Shown: piece after piece, positions 61,501 through 64,000 of the stretch
Layout of the letters: each line of letters starts with the position of its first letter
Position numbering within the stretch: the first letter of the stretch is position 1
Assembly (NCBI GenBank): GCA_030141605.1
Contig: JAQGDQ010000047.1
Span: 248,001 to 312,000 of the forward strand
Direction of reading: 5' to 3'
DNA length: 64,000 nucleotides
From: Tubiluchus corallicola
Taxonomy: Eukaryota; Animalia; Priapulida
Notes under the pieces: model-generated
Seen by the model: only the letters and a program-made list of their open reading frames with translations
The model's database searches: none
What the model was told of the DNA's origin: nothing
Position numbers and translations under genes: made by a program

Positions 61501-63556
61501 AGACGTAAAAAGTATGTGAAACTTACACATTTTTCAGATTATGTCTTATGAAGACATTTTAAATTATCTTAAAAGTTGTTTTTAAATTATACTTGAAAAA
61601 TCTGACTTTACATAGCTGGTATACTTTTAACTACTAAATGATGTCTGTTAGTGTATAGTCAATAATCTAAGTAAAGAATTTTTAACGCGTTTCAATTCTT
61701 GTTTTTGTGCAGGGATGACTCTGATACAGTAGGTTTAGGAGAGCCAGATGATCAAGTAAACATGAATCCGATCTACGATACCTACCAAGCTAGTTCACTT
61801 CACGATGTATGTTTACTATTTCTTTACAGATTGATGCTGCGTAGCAATGTTTATTGGAGAATTTTCTGTGTCATTTTATTTACTAGCAGTTAAAGCTAAA
61901 ATAGCAGCTTAATTGTGCGACAGTGATTCGATTCATTTAACAGTTTTTTGTAGTCTACTTGCTGATTTTATAAATATGCCATGAGAAAAGTTGAATTATT
62001 TTAGAGCAGCATATTATTTTTTCTCACATGTGATTTTAAGCTGAAAATGTATTAATGAATTAGATACTAATATGAAAATGAATTCGATAAATAGTAGGCT
62101 GCAACACAAATATTAGTGCTCATTTTTCCAAGCTCAAGTGTCTAATGTAACAGACAGTAAACAAGGGAAAAGTTGTTGCAAAATAGTGTGAGTAAAAAAT
62201 TATGAAGCATCTATAAAGTTTTAACATATTCAAATTGTTAAATAGCAAATTTATCGACTTTAATTTATTTGATGGGCCCCATTCAACAATTCATGGGTAC
62301 AAGTAGATTGAGCTTTTAAATAAAAGTGAGTAAATATGAACTTCAAAATACTGCAAACATTATACTGTAGCTATTTTTGCAGACAGTAAAATGGGGATAT
62401 CACTTCACATGGTCATTGAATCATTGACTGCAAAAGCTTACACATTGAACAGTGTTCATGGGTTACAAATTCTGTTTACTGCCAGATAGAGTGCATCATA
62501 AAGTAAATTTGTTGAAATAATAAATAATTAATTTTTTGTGCAGCTGTAATGCTATGATAAAATTGTTTATCTTAAGACGCTTTTTCATCAGTGATATTAT
62601 TATTAAAGCTGTATGTAAAAATGTTTTTGTGCTATTTTTCAGTTTGTAACCGATCAAGATGTTGTCACGGTTGATGCTGAGAATCTTAGTACCATGAAAT
62701 GGAAAAAAGGGGTAAGTGTGGTATTTGTTCACTTAGTCACTTAACTGACACGGGTACTTGGTAGAAAATGCATTTTGTTGTAATGTTATCATCACTTTCA
62801 GATTACTTTATTTTAAAGACCTTTCAAGCCTCATTAATAATTCCAAGACATCACTAGGAGCTCAGAAGAATAAAATAAAAAATGTAGTATCTGTATTGGA
62901 CTATAGCTGTAATATTCTGGTTAGAGGGCACTTCATGCATCTTAAGTAGTTTTGCAATGCTTCACTACACAAATTTTAACATTGTACATTAATAATATGC
63001 AGAGATTTGATATAAACTCATTCTTTCTTTATTTATGGGGTTAAAAATCTGTGTGAAAGTTTAATTTGAGTTATATATTTGATTTATCCGTTTATATTCA
63101 GAACAGTATTCAAGTAAACAAAAATTTTATGCAGTTTAGCACACTACAAGTGGATGTCCAACACTCACAGCAGCAACTCATGATTCTTGATATAGACAAA
63201 CAGTTGTGGCAAAAGATGAACCTCACTCACTATAAAAGAAAATCCTCTGAAATGAGACACTGGATTAACAGTGGTGTCTTAATCACCTTTTATTGAAACA
63301 AATTGTCAATAAGCAGTAGTGTGAAAGCTAAAATTCCCAAAAGCACTTTTTTCGAGTCACTCGTCACTGGTTCAGTGCTGATTAACAGTTATGATCAAGA
63401 GCAAGCTATGATCACTCATCTCGTCTCTTTGCCTTAAATGAGTTATTTGAGTAAACTTGCTTTTCATTATAGGTTACAGCTGAGAAGAAAGATGATAGCT
63501 ATGACGTGACAATAGGGATAGTCAATCCACTGTATGAAGAGCATAAACCACATTAA
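276..63556 (+). CDS. MALRD1: Giant MAM and LDL-receptor class A domain-containing type I membrane protein (MALRD1/Diet1-like), 5'-partial, 76 exons in window, ~4,370 aa: 21 MAM + 16 LDLa + EGF + TM + cytoplasmic tail with 2 NPxY
   Basis: Recurrent MAM motifs (CDFE...W...GPxxDHT...GxYxY...CxxFWYHMYG...QGxxW...FEG...GDIAIDD) and LDLa motifs (C..FxC..C...CD..DC.D.SDE..C) in exons bounded by AG/GT. Exon phases join into one open frame ending at TAA 63554-63556. The symbol reflects domain architecture; orthology is not tested. Confidence 0.93.
730..986 (+). CDS. exon 2 (MAM1)
   Basis: tag|..|gtaaga; HYMYIETS...[10 protein letters not shown]...SWQ. Confidence 0.92.
1453..2148. mobile_element. Non-autonomous DNA transposon/MITE, hAT-like termini
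   Basis: ~50 bp imperfect terminal inverted repeats: ctgggctaggtttataaaactcataggacatactcccc at 1453 vs ggggagtgtgtcctatgagtttcgttaacctagccctg ending 2148. No clear TSD. Confidence 0.65.
2522..2756 (+). CDS. exon 3 (MAM1 end/MAM2 start)
   Basis: cag|..|gtaaat; VIFEG...GDIAIDD...CDFE...DHT. Confidence 0.92.
3242..3473 (+). CDS. exon 4 (MAM2)
   Basis: tag|..|gtgaga; NYLLAN...CLVFWYYMY...QGAAW. Confidence 0.9.
3944..3965. repeat. (TA)n microsatellite
   Basis: Direct read; followed by a short duplicated atatatgtcctctctc. Confidence 0.85.
4226..4458 (+). CDS. exon 5 (MAM2 end + LDLa)
   Basis: cag|..|gtaggt; DIALDD...[16 protein letters not shown]. Confidence 0.9.
4722..5422. mobile_element. Degenerate hAT-like MITE with (A/C)GATA subterminal repeats
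   Basis: Starts TAGGG; clusters of acgata/gatac motifs at 4730-4825 and 5290-5405; right terminus eroded. Confidence 0.35.
5730..5871 (+). CDS. exon 6 (MAM3 start)
   Basis: tag|..|gtgggt; ECDFENGIC...GPSTDHTTG. Confidence 0.88.
5980..6416. mobile_element. Degenerate hAT-like element with CAAGTC subterminal repeats
   Basis: Dense caagtc/aagtc motifs at 5980-6077 and 6357-6407, ending in CCCTG. Confidence 0.45.
6581..6720. repeat. Compound pentanucleotide microsatellite (TGTAG)n-(TGTAT)n
   Basis: Direct read; about 21 TGTAG units then TGTAT units. Confidence 0.97.
6840..7562 (+). CDS. exon 7 (MAM3, LDLa, MAM4 start; longest exon)
   Basis: tag|..|gtttgt; lies within ORF 6769..7626. Confidence 0.93.
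7768..7924 (+). CDS. exon 8 (MAM4)
   Basis: cag|..|gtatgc; [13 protein letters not shown]...GMYWERAQL. Confidence 0.88.
8299..8569 (+). CDS. exon 9 (MAM4 end, T/P linker, LDLa, MAM5 start)
   Basis: aag|..|gtattt; GDIAIDD...[20 protein letters not shown]. Confidence 0.9.
9072..9176 (+). CDS. exon 10 (MAM5)
   Basis: tag|..|gttatc; SCSWSD...GPSTDHTT. Confidence 0.87.
9270..9588. mobile_element. Tigger/pogo-like MITE (degenerate)
   Basis: TA-flanked imperfect TIRs: ta|tgggtaatcgtcaacttacaac ... gtcataaatcaacgaccacctg|ta. Confidence 0.55.
9770..9913 (+). CDS. exon 11 (MAM5)
   Basis: tag|..|gtttgc; GWYVFVD...[11 protein letters not shown]. Confidence 0.88.
10165..10316 (+). CDS. exon 12 (MAM5)
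   Basis: tag|..|gtaagt; [12 protein letters not shown]...LQFETT. Confidence 0.88.
11021..11128 (+). CDS. exon 13 (MAM5 end/MAM6 start)
   Basis: cag|..|gtagcc; [14 protein letters not shown]...CNFE. Confidence 0.87.
11228..11342 (+). CDS. exon 14 (MAM6)
   Basis: tag|..|gtaagt; CAW...FDWTR...GPSGDHTTG. Confidence 0.88.
12053..12242 (+). CDS. exon 15 (MAM6)
   Basis: cag|..|gtgctt; YYIYTEAS...[10 protein letters not shown]. Confidence 0.88.
12546..12649 (+). CDS. exon 16 (MAM6)
   Basis: tag|..|gtttat; NSSQGDEW...[12 protein letters not shown]. Confidence 0.86.
13083..13537. mobile_element. Young Tc1/mariner-pogo superfamily MITE (455 bp)
   Basis: Perfect TIR ccgtattttcccgtgtataagagaccc(tt) / (aa)gggtctcttatacacgggaaaatacgg; TA target duplication on both sides; internal repeats of tgtataagagacccc. 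Confidence 0.9.
14137..14298 (+). CDS. exon 17 (MAM6 end/MAM7 start)
   Basis: tag|..|gtctgt; DIAVDD...CDFENDFC. Confidence 0.87.
14494..14617 (+). CDS. exon 18 (MAM7)
   Basis: tag|..|gtaagc; PFFDHST...GFYAYIDSS. Confidence 0.87.
14838..15022 (+). CDS. exon 19 (MAM7)
   Basis: tag|..|gtaaaa; [10 protein letters not shown]...VLFE. Confidence 0.89.
16522..16744 (+). CDS. exon 20 (MAM7 end/MAM8 start)
   Basis: cag|..|gttagt; DIAIDD...CDFE...GPSYDHTTG. Confidence 0.89.
16883..17052 (+). CDS. exon 21 (MAM8)
   Basis: tag|..|gtagga; YYMYIETS...[10 protein letters not shown]. Confidence 0.89.
17230..17307. mobile_element. Tiny Tigger-like MITE remnant
   Basis: ta|caaagtttcctcact ... agcaagggaacactg|ta with accgcga-type subterminal motifs. 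Confidence 0.4.
17638..17742 (+). CDS. exon 22 (MAM8)
   Basis: tag|..|gtaggg; [12 protein letters not shown]...FIIE. Confidence 0.88.
18154..18336 (+). CDS. exon 23 (MAM8 end, Thr-rich linker, MAM9 start)
   Basis: cag|..|gtatgt; GDIAIDD...[12 protein letters not shown]...CDFQ. Confidence 0.89.
18482..18604 (+). CDS. exon 24 (MAM9)
   Basis: tag|..|gtaacc; FSW...GPPSDHT...GWYIY. Confidence 0.88.
19102..19321 (+). CDS. exon 25 (MAM9)
   Basis: tag|..|gtaagt; [10 protein letters not shown]... Confidence 0.89.
19371..19700 (-). mobile_element. Possible LINE 3' end with (TATG)n tail
   Basis: Minus strand ends AATAAA-gtttg-(TATG)3; strongly strand-skewed body; extent uncertain. Confidence 0.3.
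19794..19963 (+). CDS. exon 26 (MAM9 end/MAM10 start); 3' boundary uncertain, probable GC donor
   Basis: tag|IIVEA...DIALDD...CDFE...WILQQ AG|gcatga. Confidence 0.78.
20569..20694 (+). CDS. exon 27 (MAM10)
   Basis: cag|..|gtgagt; [14 protein letters not shown]... Confidence 0.86.
20826..21212. mobile_element. MITE with GGCATTTT termini (PIF/Harbinger-like)
   Basis: taa|ggcatttttgcttatcgc ... gcgggttatggcaaaatgcc|ttg; internal ggctaaaaaa(a)gc repeats. Confidence 0.42.
21484..21626 (+). CDS. exon 28 (MAM10)
   Basis: cag|..|gtaagc; [10 protein letters not shown]...GDQGNEW. Confidence 0.87.
21734..21753. repeat. (TA)n microsatellite
   Basis: Direct read. Confidence 0.85.
22043..22289 (+). CDS. 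exon 29 (MAM10 end/MAM11 start)
   Basis: cag|..|gtacta; MTFEA...ISVDD...CDFE...GPSVDHTF. Confidence 0.87.
22553..22744 (+). CDS. exon 30 (MAM11)
   Basis: tag|..|gtaaga; GYLIM...[10 protein letters not shown]. Confidence 0.87.
23141..23229 (+). CDS. exon 31 (MAM11)
   Basis: cag|..|gtacgt; [12 protein letters not shown]. Confidence 0.86.
23977..24126 (+). CDS. exon 32 (MAM11 end + LDLa first half)
   Basis: tag|..|gtaatt; VVFEG...GDIALDD...[12 protein letters not shown]. Confidence 0.87.
24331..24412 (+). CDS. exon 33 (LDLa second half/MAM12 start)
   Basis: tag|..|gtgagc; [17 protein letters not shown]...CDFEN. Confidence 0.86.
24698..24920 (+). CDS. exon 34 (MAM12)
   Basis: aag|..|gtaagc; VCGW...GPSYDHT...CELIFW. 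Confidence 0.89.
25314..25408 (+). CDS. exon 35 (MAM12)
   Basis: tag|..|gtacaa; [14 protein letters not shown]...LW. Confidence 0.84.
26068..26193 (+). CDS. exon 36 (MAM12)
   Basis: cag|..|gtaaaa; SQW...[11 protein letters not shown]. Confidence 0.88.
26560..26626 (-). mobile_element. Degenerate tRNA-derived (tRNA-Leu-like) SINE head or tRNA relic
   Basis: Minus strand gtcatgatgtctaaatcatctaaagtgc...gggactcgaatcc resembles a tRNA-Leu 5' half and B box; not foldable to a full cloverleaf. Confidence 0.35.
27156..27237 (+). CDS. exon 37 (LDLa first half)
   Basis: cag|..|gtaact; CYIPP...[14 protein letters not shown]. Confidence 0.85.
27996..28202 (+). CDS. exon 38 (LDLa second half/MAM13 start)
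   Basis: cag|..|gtttgt; [13 protein letters not shown]...CDFE...DHT. Confidence 0.89.
28894..29055 (+). CDS. exon 39 (MAM13)
   Basis: cag|..|gtaaga; GTYLYIETS...[11 protein letters not shown]. Confidence 0.89.
29334..29442 (+). CDS. exon 40 (MAM13)
   Basis: cag|..|gttagt; [18 protein letters not shown]. Confidence 0.87.
29769..29957 (+). CDS. exon 41 (MAM13 end, linker, LDLa first half)
   Basis: tag|..|gtacgt; IIIEA...GDIAIDD...[14 protein letters not shown]. Confidence 0.87.
30344..30494. repeat. Tandem duplication, ~76 bp unit x2
   Basis: ctgatgcctgcttggattatctctcggtgacatcat...atttgcacaa repeated with few changes. Confidence 0.85.
30716..30900 (+). CDS. exon 42 (LDLa second half/MAM14 start)
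   Basis: cag|..|gtaagt; [19 protein letters not shown]...DHT. Confidence 0.88.
31121..31534 (+). CDS. exon 43 (MAM14 + LDLa first half)
   Basis: cag|..|gtatgt; within ORF 31110..31595. Confidence 0.91.
31721..32297. repeat. Long inverted repeat / foldback element (~230 bp arms, ~115 bp spacer)
   Basis: 31721-31950 is the reverse complement of 32065-32297, with roughly ten differences by eye. Confidence 0.93.
32501..32661 (+). CDS. exon 44 (LDLa second half/MAM15 start)
   Basis: cag|..|gtaagt; [13 protein letters not shown]...CDFQ. Confidence 0.89.
32710..33724 (-). mobile_element. pogo/Tigger-like family copy A (diverged, internally rearranged)
   Basis: Both ends homologous to 55045-56290 (ttaatagactca, ttttgacccagttaaccga, gtgagtctattaagtggcccctactg). 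Confidence 0.8.
34360..34504 (+). CDS. exon 45 (MAM15)
   Basis: cag|..|gtaata; PSVDHTFG...CNMRLW. Confidence 0.87.
34862..35018 (+). CDS. exon 46 (MAM15)
   Basis: tag|..|gtaagt; YHMFG...QGNMW...FQ. Confidence 0.88.
35638..35844 (+). CDS. exon 47 (MAM15 end, T/P linker, LDLa first half)
   Basis: cag|..|gtatgt; VVIEG...GLDD...CQPDDFRC. Confidence 0.89.
35923..36065 (+). mobile_element. pogo/Tigger-like family, truncated end-only copy
   Basis: ta|cagtaggcaccacttaattgac...aaataactccacataattgactc matches 36244-36415. Confidence 0.7.
36244..37165 (+). mobile_element. pogo/Tigger-like family copy B (internally deleted)
   Basis: TA-flanked imperfect TIRs; carries transposase N-terminal relic [27 protein letters not shown] at ~36790-36869. 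Confidence 0.85.
37502..37663 (+). CDS. exon 48 (LDLa second half/MAM16 start)
   Basis: tag|..|gtataa; [20 protein letters not shown]. Confidence 0.87.
37980..38672. mobile_element. Tigger/pogo-like MITE (second family)
   Basis: ta|cagtatgtcctctcttgatgac ... gtcgttaagcgagaacttacta|ta; repeated (t)cgttaa subterminal motifs. Confidence 0.6.
38755..39303 (+). CDS. exon 49 (MAM16, LDLa, MAM17 start)
   Basis: cag|..|gtaagt; within ORF 38704..39342. Confidence 0.9.
39780..39894 (+). CDS. exon 50 (MAM17)
   Basis: tag|..|gtaaat; GDFYW...GPSRDHT...GYYMYIE. Confidence 0.87.
40418..40587 (+). CDS. exon 51 (MAM17); 3' boundary uncertain, probable GA donor
   Basis: tag|...[11 protein letters not shown]...QKFFSM|gagagc. 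Confidence 0.75.
40735..40800 (+). CDS. exon 52 (MAM17); 5' boundary uncertain (tandem CAGCAG acceptor)
   Basis: cagcag|[22 protein letters not shown]|gtacaa. Confidence 0.72.
40950..41320 (+). mobile_element. Possible LINE 3' end with (TTCTA)4 tail
   Basis: AATAAA at 41294 immediately followed by (TTCTA)4, T-rich upstream segment; extent uncertain. Confidence 0.35.
41692..41962 (+). CDS. exon 53 (MAM17 end, T-rich linker, LDLa)
   Basis: cag|..|gtaagc; GDIAIDD...[13 protein letters not shown]. Confidence 0.9.
42405..42584 (+). CDS. exon 54 (MAM18 start)
   Basis: cag|..|gtaggt; YCSF...CNW...FQW...PKYDHT. Confidence 0.85.
43360..43563 (+). CDS. exon 55 (MAM18)
   Basis: tag|..|gtaatc; WYAW...[11 protein letters not shown]...SGSQ. 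Confidence 0.88.
43760..43960 (-). mobile_element. tRNA-derived SINE (degenerate)
   Basis: Minus strand A box tagcataagtag and B box ggttcaaatcc at tRNA-like spacing (43893-43958); body extent uncertain. Confidence 0.5.
44230..44334 (+). CDS. exon 56 (MAM18)
   Basis: cag|..|gtgggt; [11 protein letters not shown]...[11 protein letters not shown]. Confidence 0.84.
44960..45740 (-). mobile_element. 5'-truncated, frameshifted non-LTR retrotransposon (RTE-like) reverse transcriptase remnant
   Basis: Minus-strand YADDISFLA motif (ORF 45492..45734) and downstream [12 protein letters not shown] motif (ORF 45009..45221). Confidence 0.78.
46218..46420 (+). CDS. exon 57 (MAM18 end, LDLa, MAM19 start)
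   Basis: tag|..|gtacag; DLRFVDC...CDYANDCGD...SDE...CDFE. Confidence 0.88.
46520..46555. repeat. (CT)n microsatellite
   Basis: Direct read. Confidence 0.93.
46634..46769 (+). CDS. exon 58 (MAM19)
   Basis: cag|..|gtttcc; NDLC...FDW...GPSSDHT. Confidence 0.86.
47019..47116 (+). CDS. exon 59 (MAM19)
   Basis: tag|..|gtatgt; HFIF...GDRAQISS...CM. Confidence 0.86.
47303..47485 (+). CDS. exon 60 (MAM19)
   Basis: tag|..|gtagtg; LRFWYHMKG...GDQGDYW...FE. Confidence 0.88.
47789..47876 (+). CDS. exon 61 (MAM19 end)
   Basis: tag|..|gtatgc; VVFEG...[14 protein letters not shown]. Confidence 0.85.
48294..48446 (+). CDS. exon 62 (linker + LDLa)
   Basis: cag|..|gtgagc; CGPSYYQC...[16 protein letters not shown]. 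Confidence 0.88.
49312..49452 (+). CDS. exon 63 (MAM20 start)
   Basis: cag|..|gtgcgt; [11 protein letters not shown]...GPDVDHTLG. Confidence 0.88.
49854..51220. mobile_element. piggyBac-like non-autonomous element, apparently with nested insertion
   Basis: TTAA|ccctttcagtac ... gtagtgaaagag|TTAA. Confidence 0.6.
50320..51104. repeat. Two clusters of ~32-35 bp self-palindromic GC-rich units (subterminal repeats of a nested element)
   Basis: ggggtatgaattggcctaggccataagataccc-like units at 50335-50480 and 50975-51080. Confidence 0.55.
51838..51995 (+). CDS. exon 64 (MAM20)
   Basis: cag|..|gtatac; WYVYIETS...[11 protein letters not shown]. Confidence 0.88.
52633..52819 (+). CDS. exon 65 (MAM20 end)
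   Basis: tag|..|gtaaat; [11 protein letters not shown]...[13 protein letters not shown]. Confidence 0.88.
53131..53256 (+). CDS. exon 66 (LDLa)
   Basis: cag|..|gtaagt; CHPDQFPC...[16 protein letters not shown]. Confidence 0.88.
54166..54321 (+). CDS. exon 67 (MAM21 start)
   Basis: cag|..|gtatgg; GDCNFD...CGF...GPSRDHS. Confidence 0.86.
55045..56290 (-). mobile_element. pogo/Tigger-like non-autonomous DNA transposon, copy C (1,246 bp), with transposase DNA-binding-domain pseudogene
   Basis: Perfect 26 bp TIR cagtagtcgccgcttaatagactcac and TA TSDs. The minus strand encodes a frameshifted CENP-B-like HTH pair ([19 protein letters not shown]...; [35 protein letters not shown]). No DDD catalytic domain. 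Confidence 0.92.
56705..56850 (+). CDS. exon 68 (MAM21)
   Basis: cag|..|gtaagc; KFLFINS...[11 protein letters not shown]. Confidence 0.88.
57340..57541 (+). CDS. exon 69 (MAM21 end)
   Basis: tag|..|gtaatt; GPQGNQW...VVFEA...IAIDDISF. Confidence 0.88.
57793..57903. repeat. Minisatellite, 30 bp unit, ~4 copies (one shortened)
   Basis: taattatccaaagatatttcaattttagtg repeated. Confidence 0.92.
58041..58190 (+). CDS. exon 70 (LDLa)
   Basis: cag|..|gtttgt; CKFTEFWC...[15 protein letters not shown]. Confidence 0.88.
59374..59544 (+). CDS. exon 71 (P/T linker + LDLa)
   Basis: tag|..|gtaaga; CIDNYLEC...[13 protein letters not shown]. Confidence 0.88.
60027..60155 (+). CDS. exon 72 (LDLa)
   Basis: tag|..|gtgagt; CDEDYYFC...[17 protein letters not shown]. 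Confidence 0.86.
60301..60367 (+). CDS. exon 73 (EGF-like domain)
   Basis: tag|..|gtaagt; [21 protein letters not shown]. Confidence 0.86.
61350..61511 (+). CDS. exon 74 (EGF end + transmembrane helix + basic stop-transfer)
   Basis: cag|..|gtatgt; [11 protein letters not shown]...[29 protein letters not shown]. Confidence 0.88.
61713..61806 (+). CDS. exon 75 (cytoplasmic tail, NPIY)
   Basis: cag|..|gtatgt; [31 protein letters not shown]. Confidence 0.82.
63473..63556 (+). CDS. exon 76, terminal coding exon (NPLY, stop)
   Basis: tag|[27 protein letters not shown]; phase 0 matches exon 75. An extra small exon in between cannot be excluded. Confidence 0.75.
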   Translation, partial: VTAEKKDDSYDVTIGIVNPLYEEHKPH

Positions 63557-63698
63557 GAAGCTTGAGGTTTGCATTACTAACTAATAACATGGTCTGACCT
63601 CATATTATTGGACAAATCATTAAATGAGTATGATGATCTGCTGAAATTAGTTAATATATTTTTTTAGCTTTCATATTTTTCAAAGATTACAAATTGTG

Positions 63699-63704
63699 AT
63701 TAAA
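63699..63704 (+). other. Candidate polyadenylation signal (ATTAAA)
   Basis: ~145 nt downstream of the stop; another ATTAAA at 63619. Weak evidence in AT-rich DNA. Confidence 0.2.
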
Positions 63705-64000
63705 CATGTGACAACTGCTGGTAATAAGGTTCCCATTATGCAGATGGCTCAGAGAGTCAAAATGTCTGCATAATCTATCTTCGTGTATAGAAACTGGGAA
63801 GTTCTATGCCGAGTGCTTCTTTCTTCTTCGACTATAATGAACAAAATGTATTGTGATGGGTTATCTTTTTCCCGGATTTCTTTTCGTTTTAGCCCAATTT
63901 GATATCGTATTTTACGATAAACTCACGCTAAAATTACTTTTCCTTTTTGCATAAATAGATGATCCTTCATATCTTGTGTCAGTTAGTTAATAGTCTGATG

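Overview
AT-rich eukaryotic (invertebrate animal-like) genomic DNA. Almost the whole window is the 3' part of one large spliced gene on the + strand. I traced 76 coding exons by hand from 276 to the TAA stop at 63554-63556. Together they give about 13.1 kb of CDS (about 4,370 aa) with consistent intron phases; the 5' end lies upstream of the window. The product is a giant MAM and LDL-receptor class A domain type I membrane protein (MALRD1/Diet1-like architecture). Within the window it has 21 MAM domains, 16 LDLa repeats, one EGF-like domain, a transmembrane helix and a short tail with two NPxY motifs. Two introns appear to need non-canonical donors: a GA-AG candidate at 40588 and a GC-AG candidate at 19964. 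The introns carry many decayed mobile elements: four copies of one pogo/Tigger-like family, several TA-flanked MITEs, hAT-like and piggyBac-like elements, an RTE-like LINE fragment and tRNA-derived SINE heads. They also hold a ~580 bp foldback inverted repeat and several micro/minisatellites. I found no prokaryotic system, CRISPR array, rRNA or intact tRNA. All exon boundaries are read by eye and need RNA-seq confirmation.
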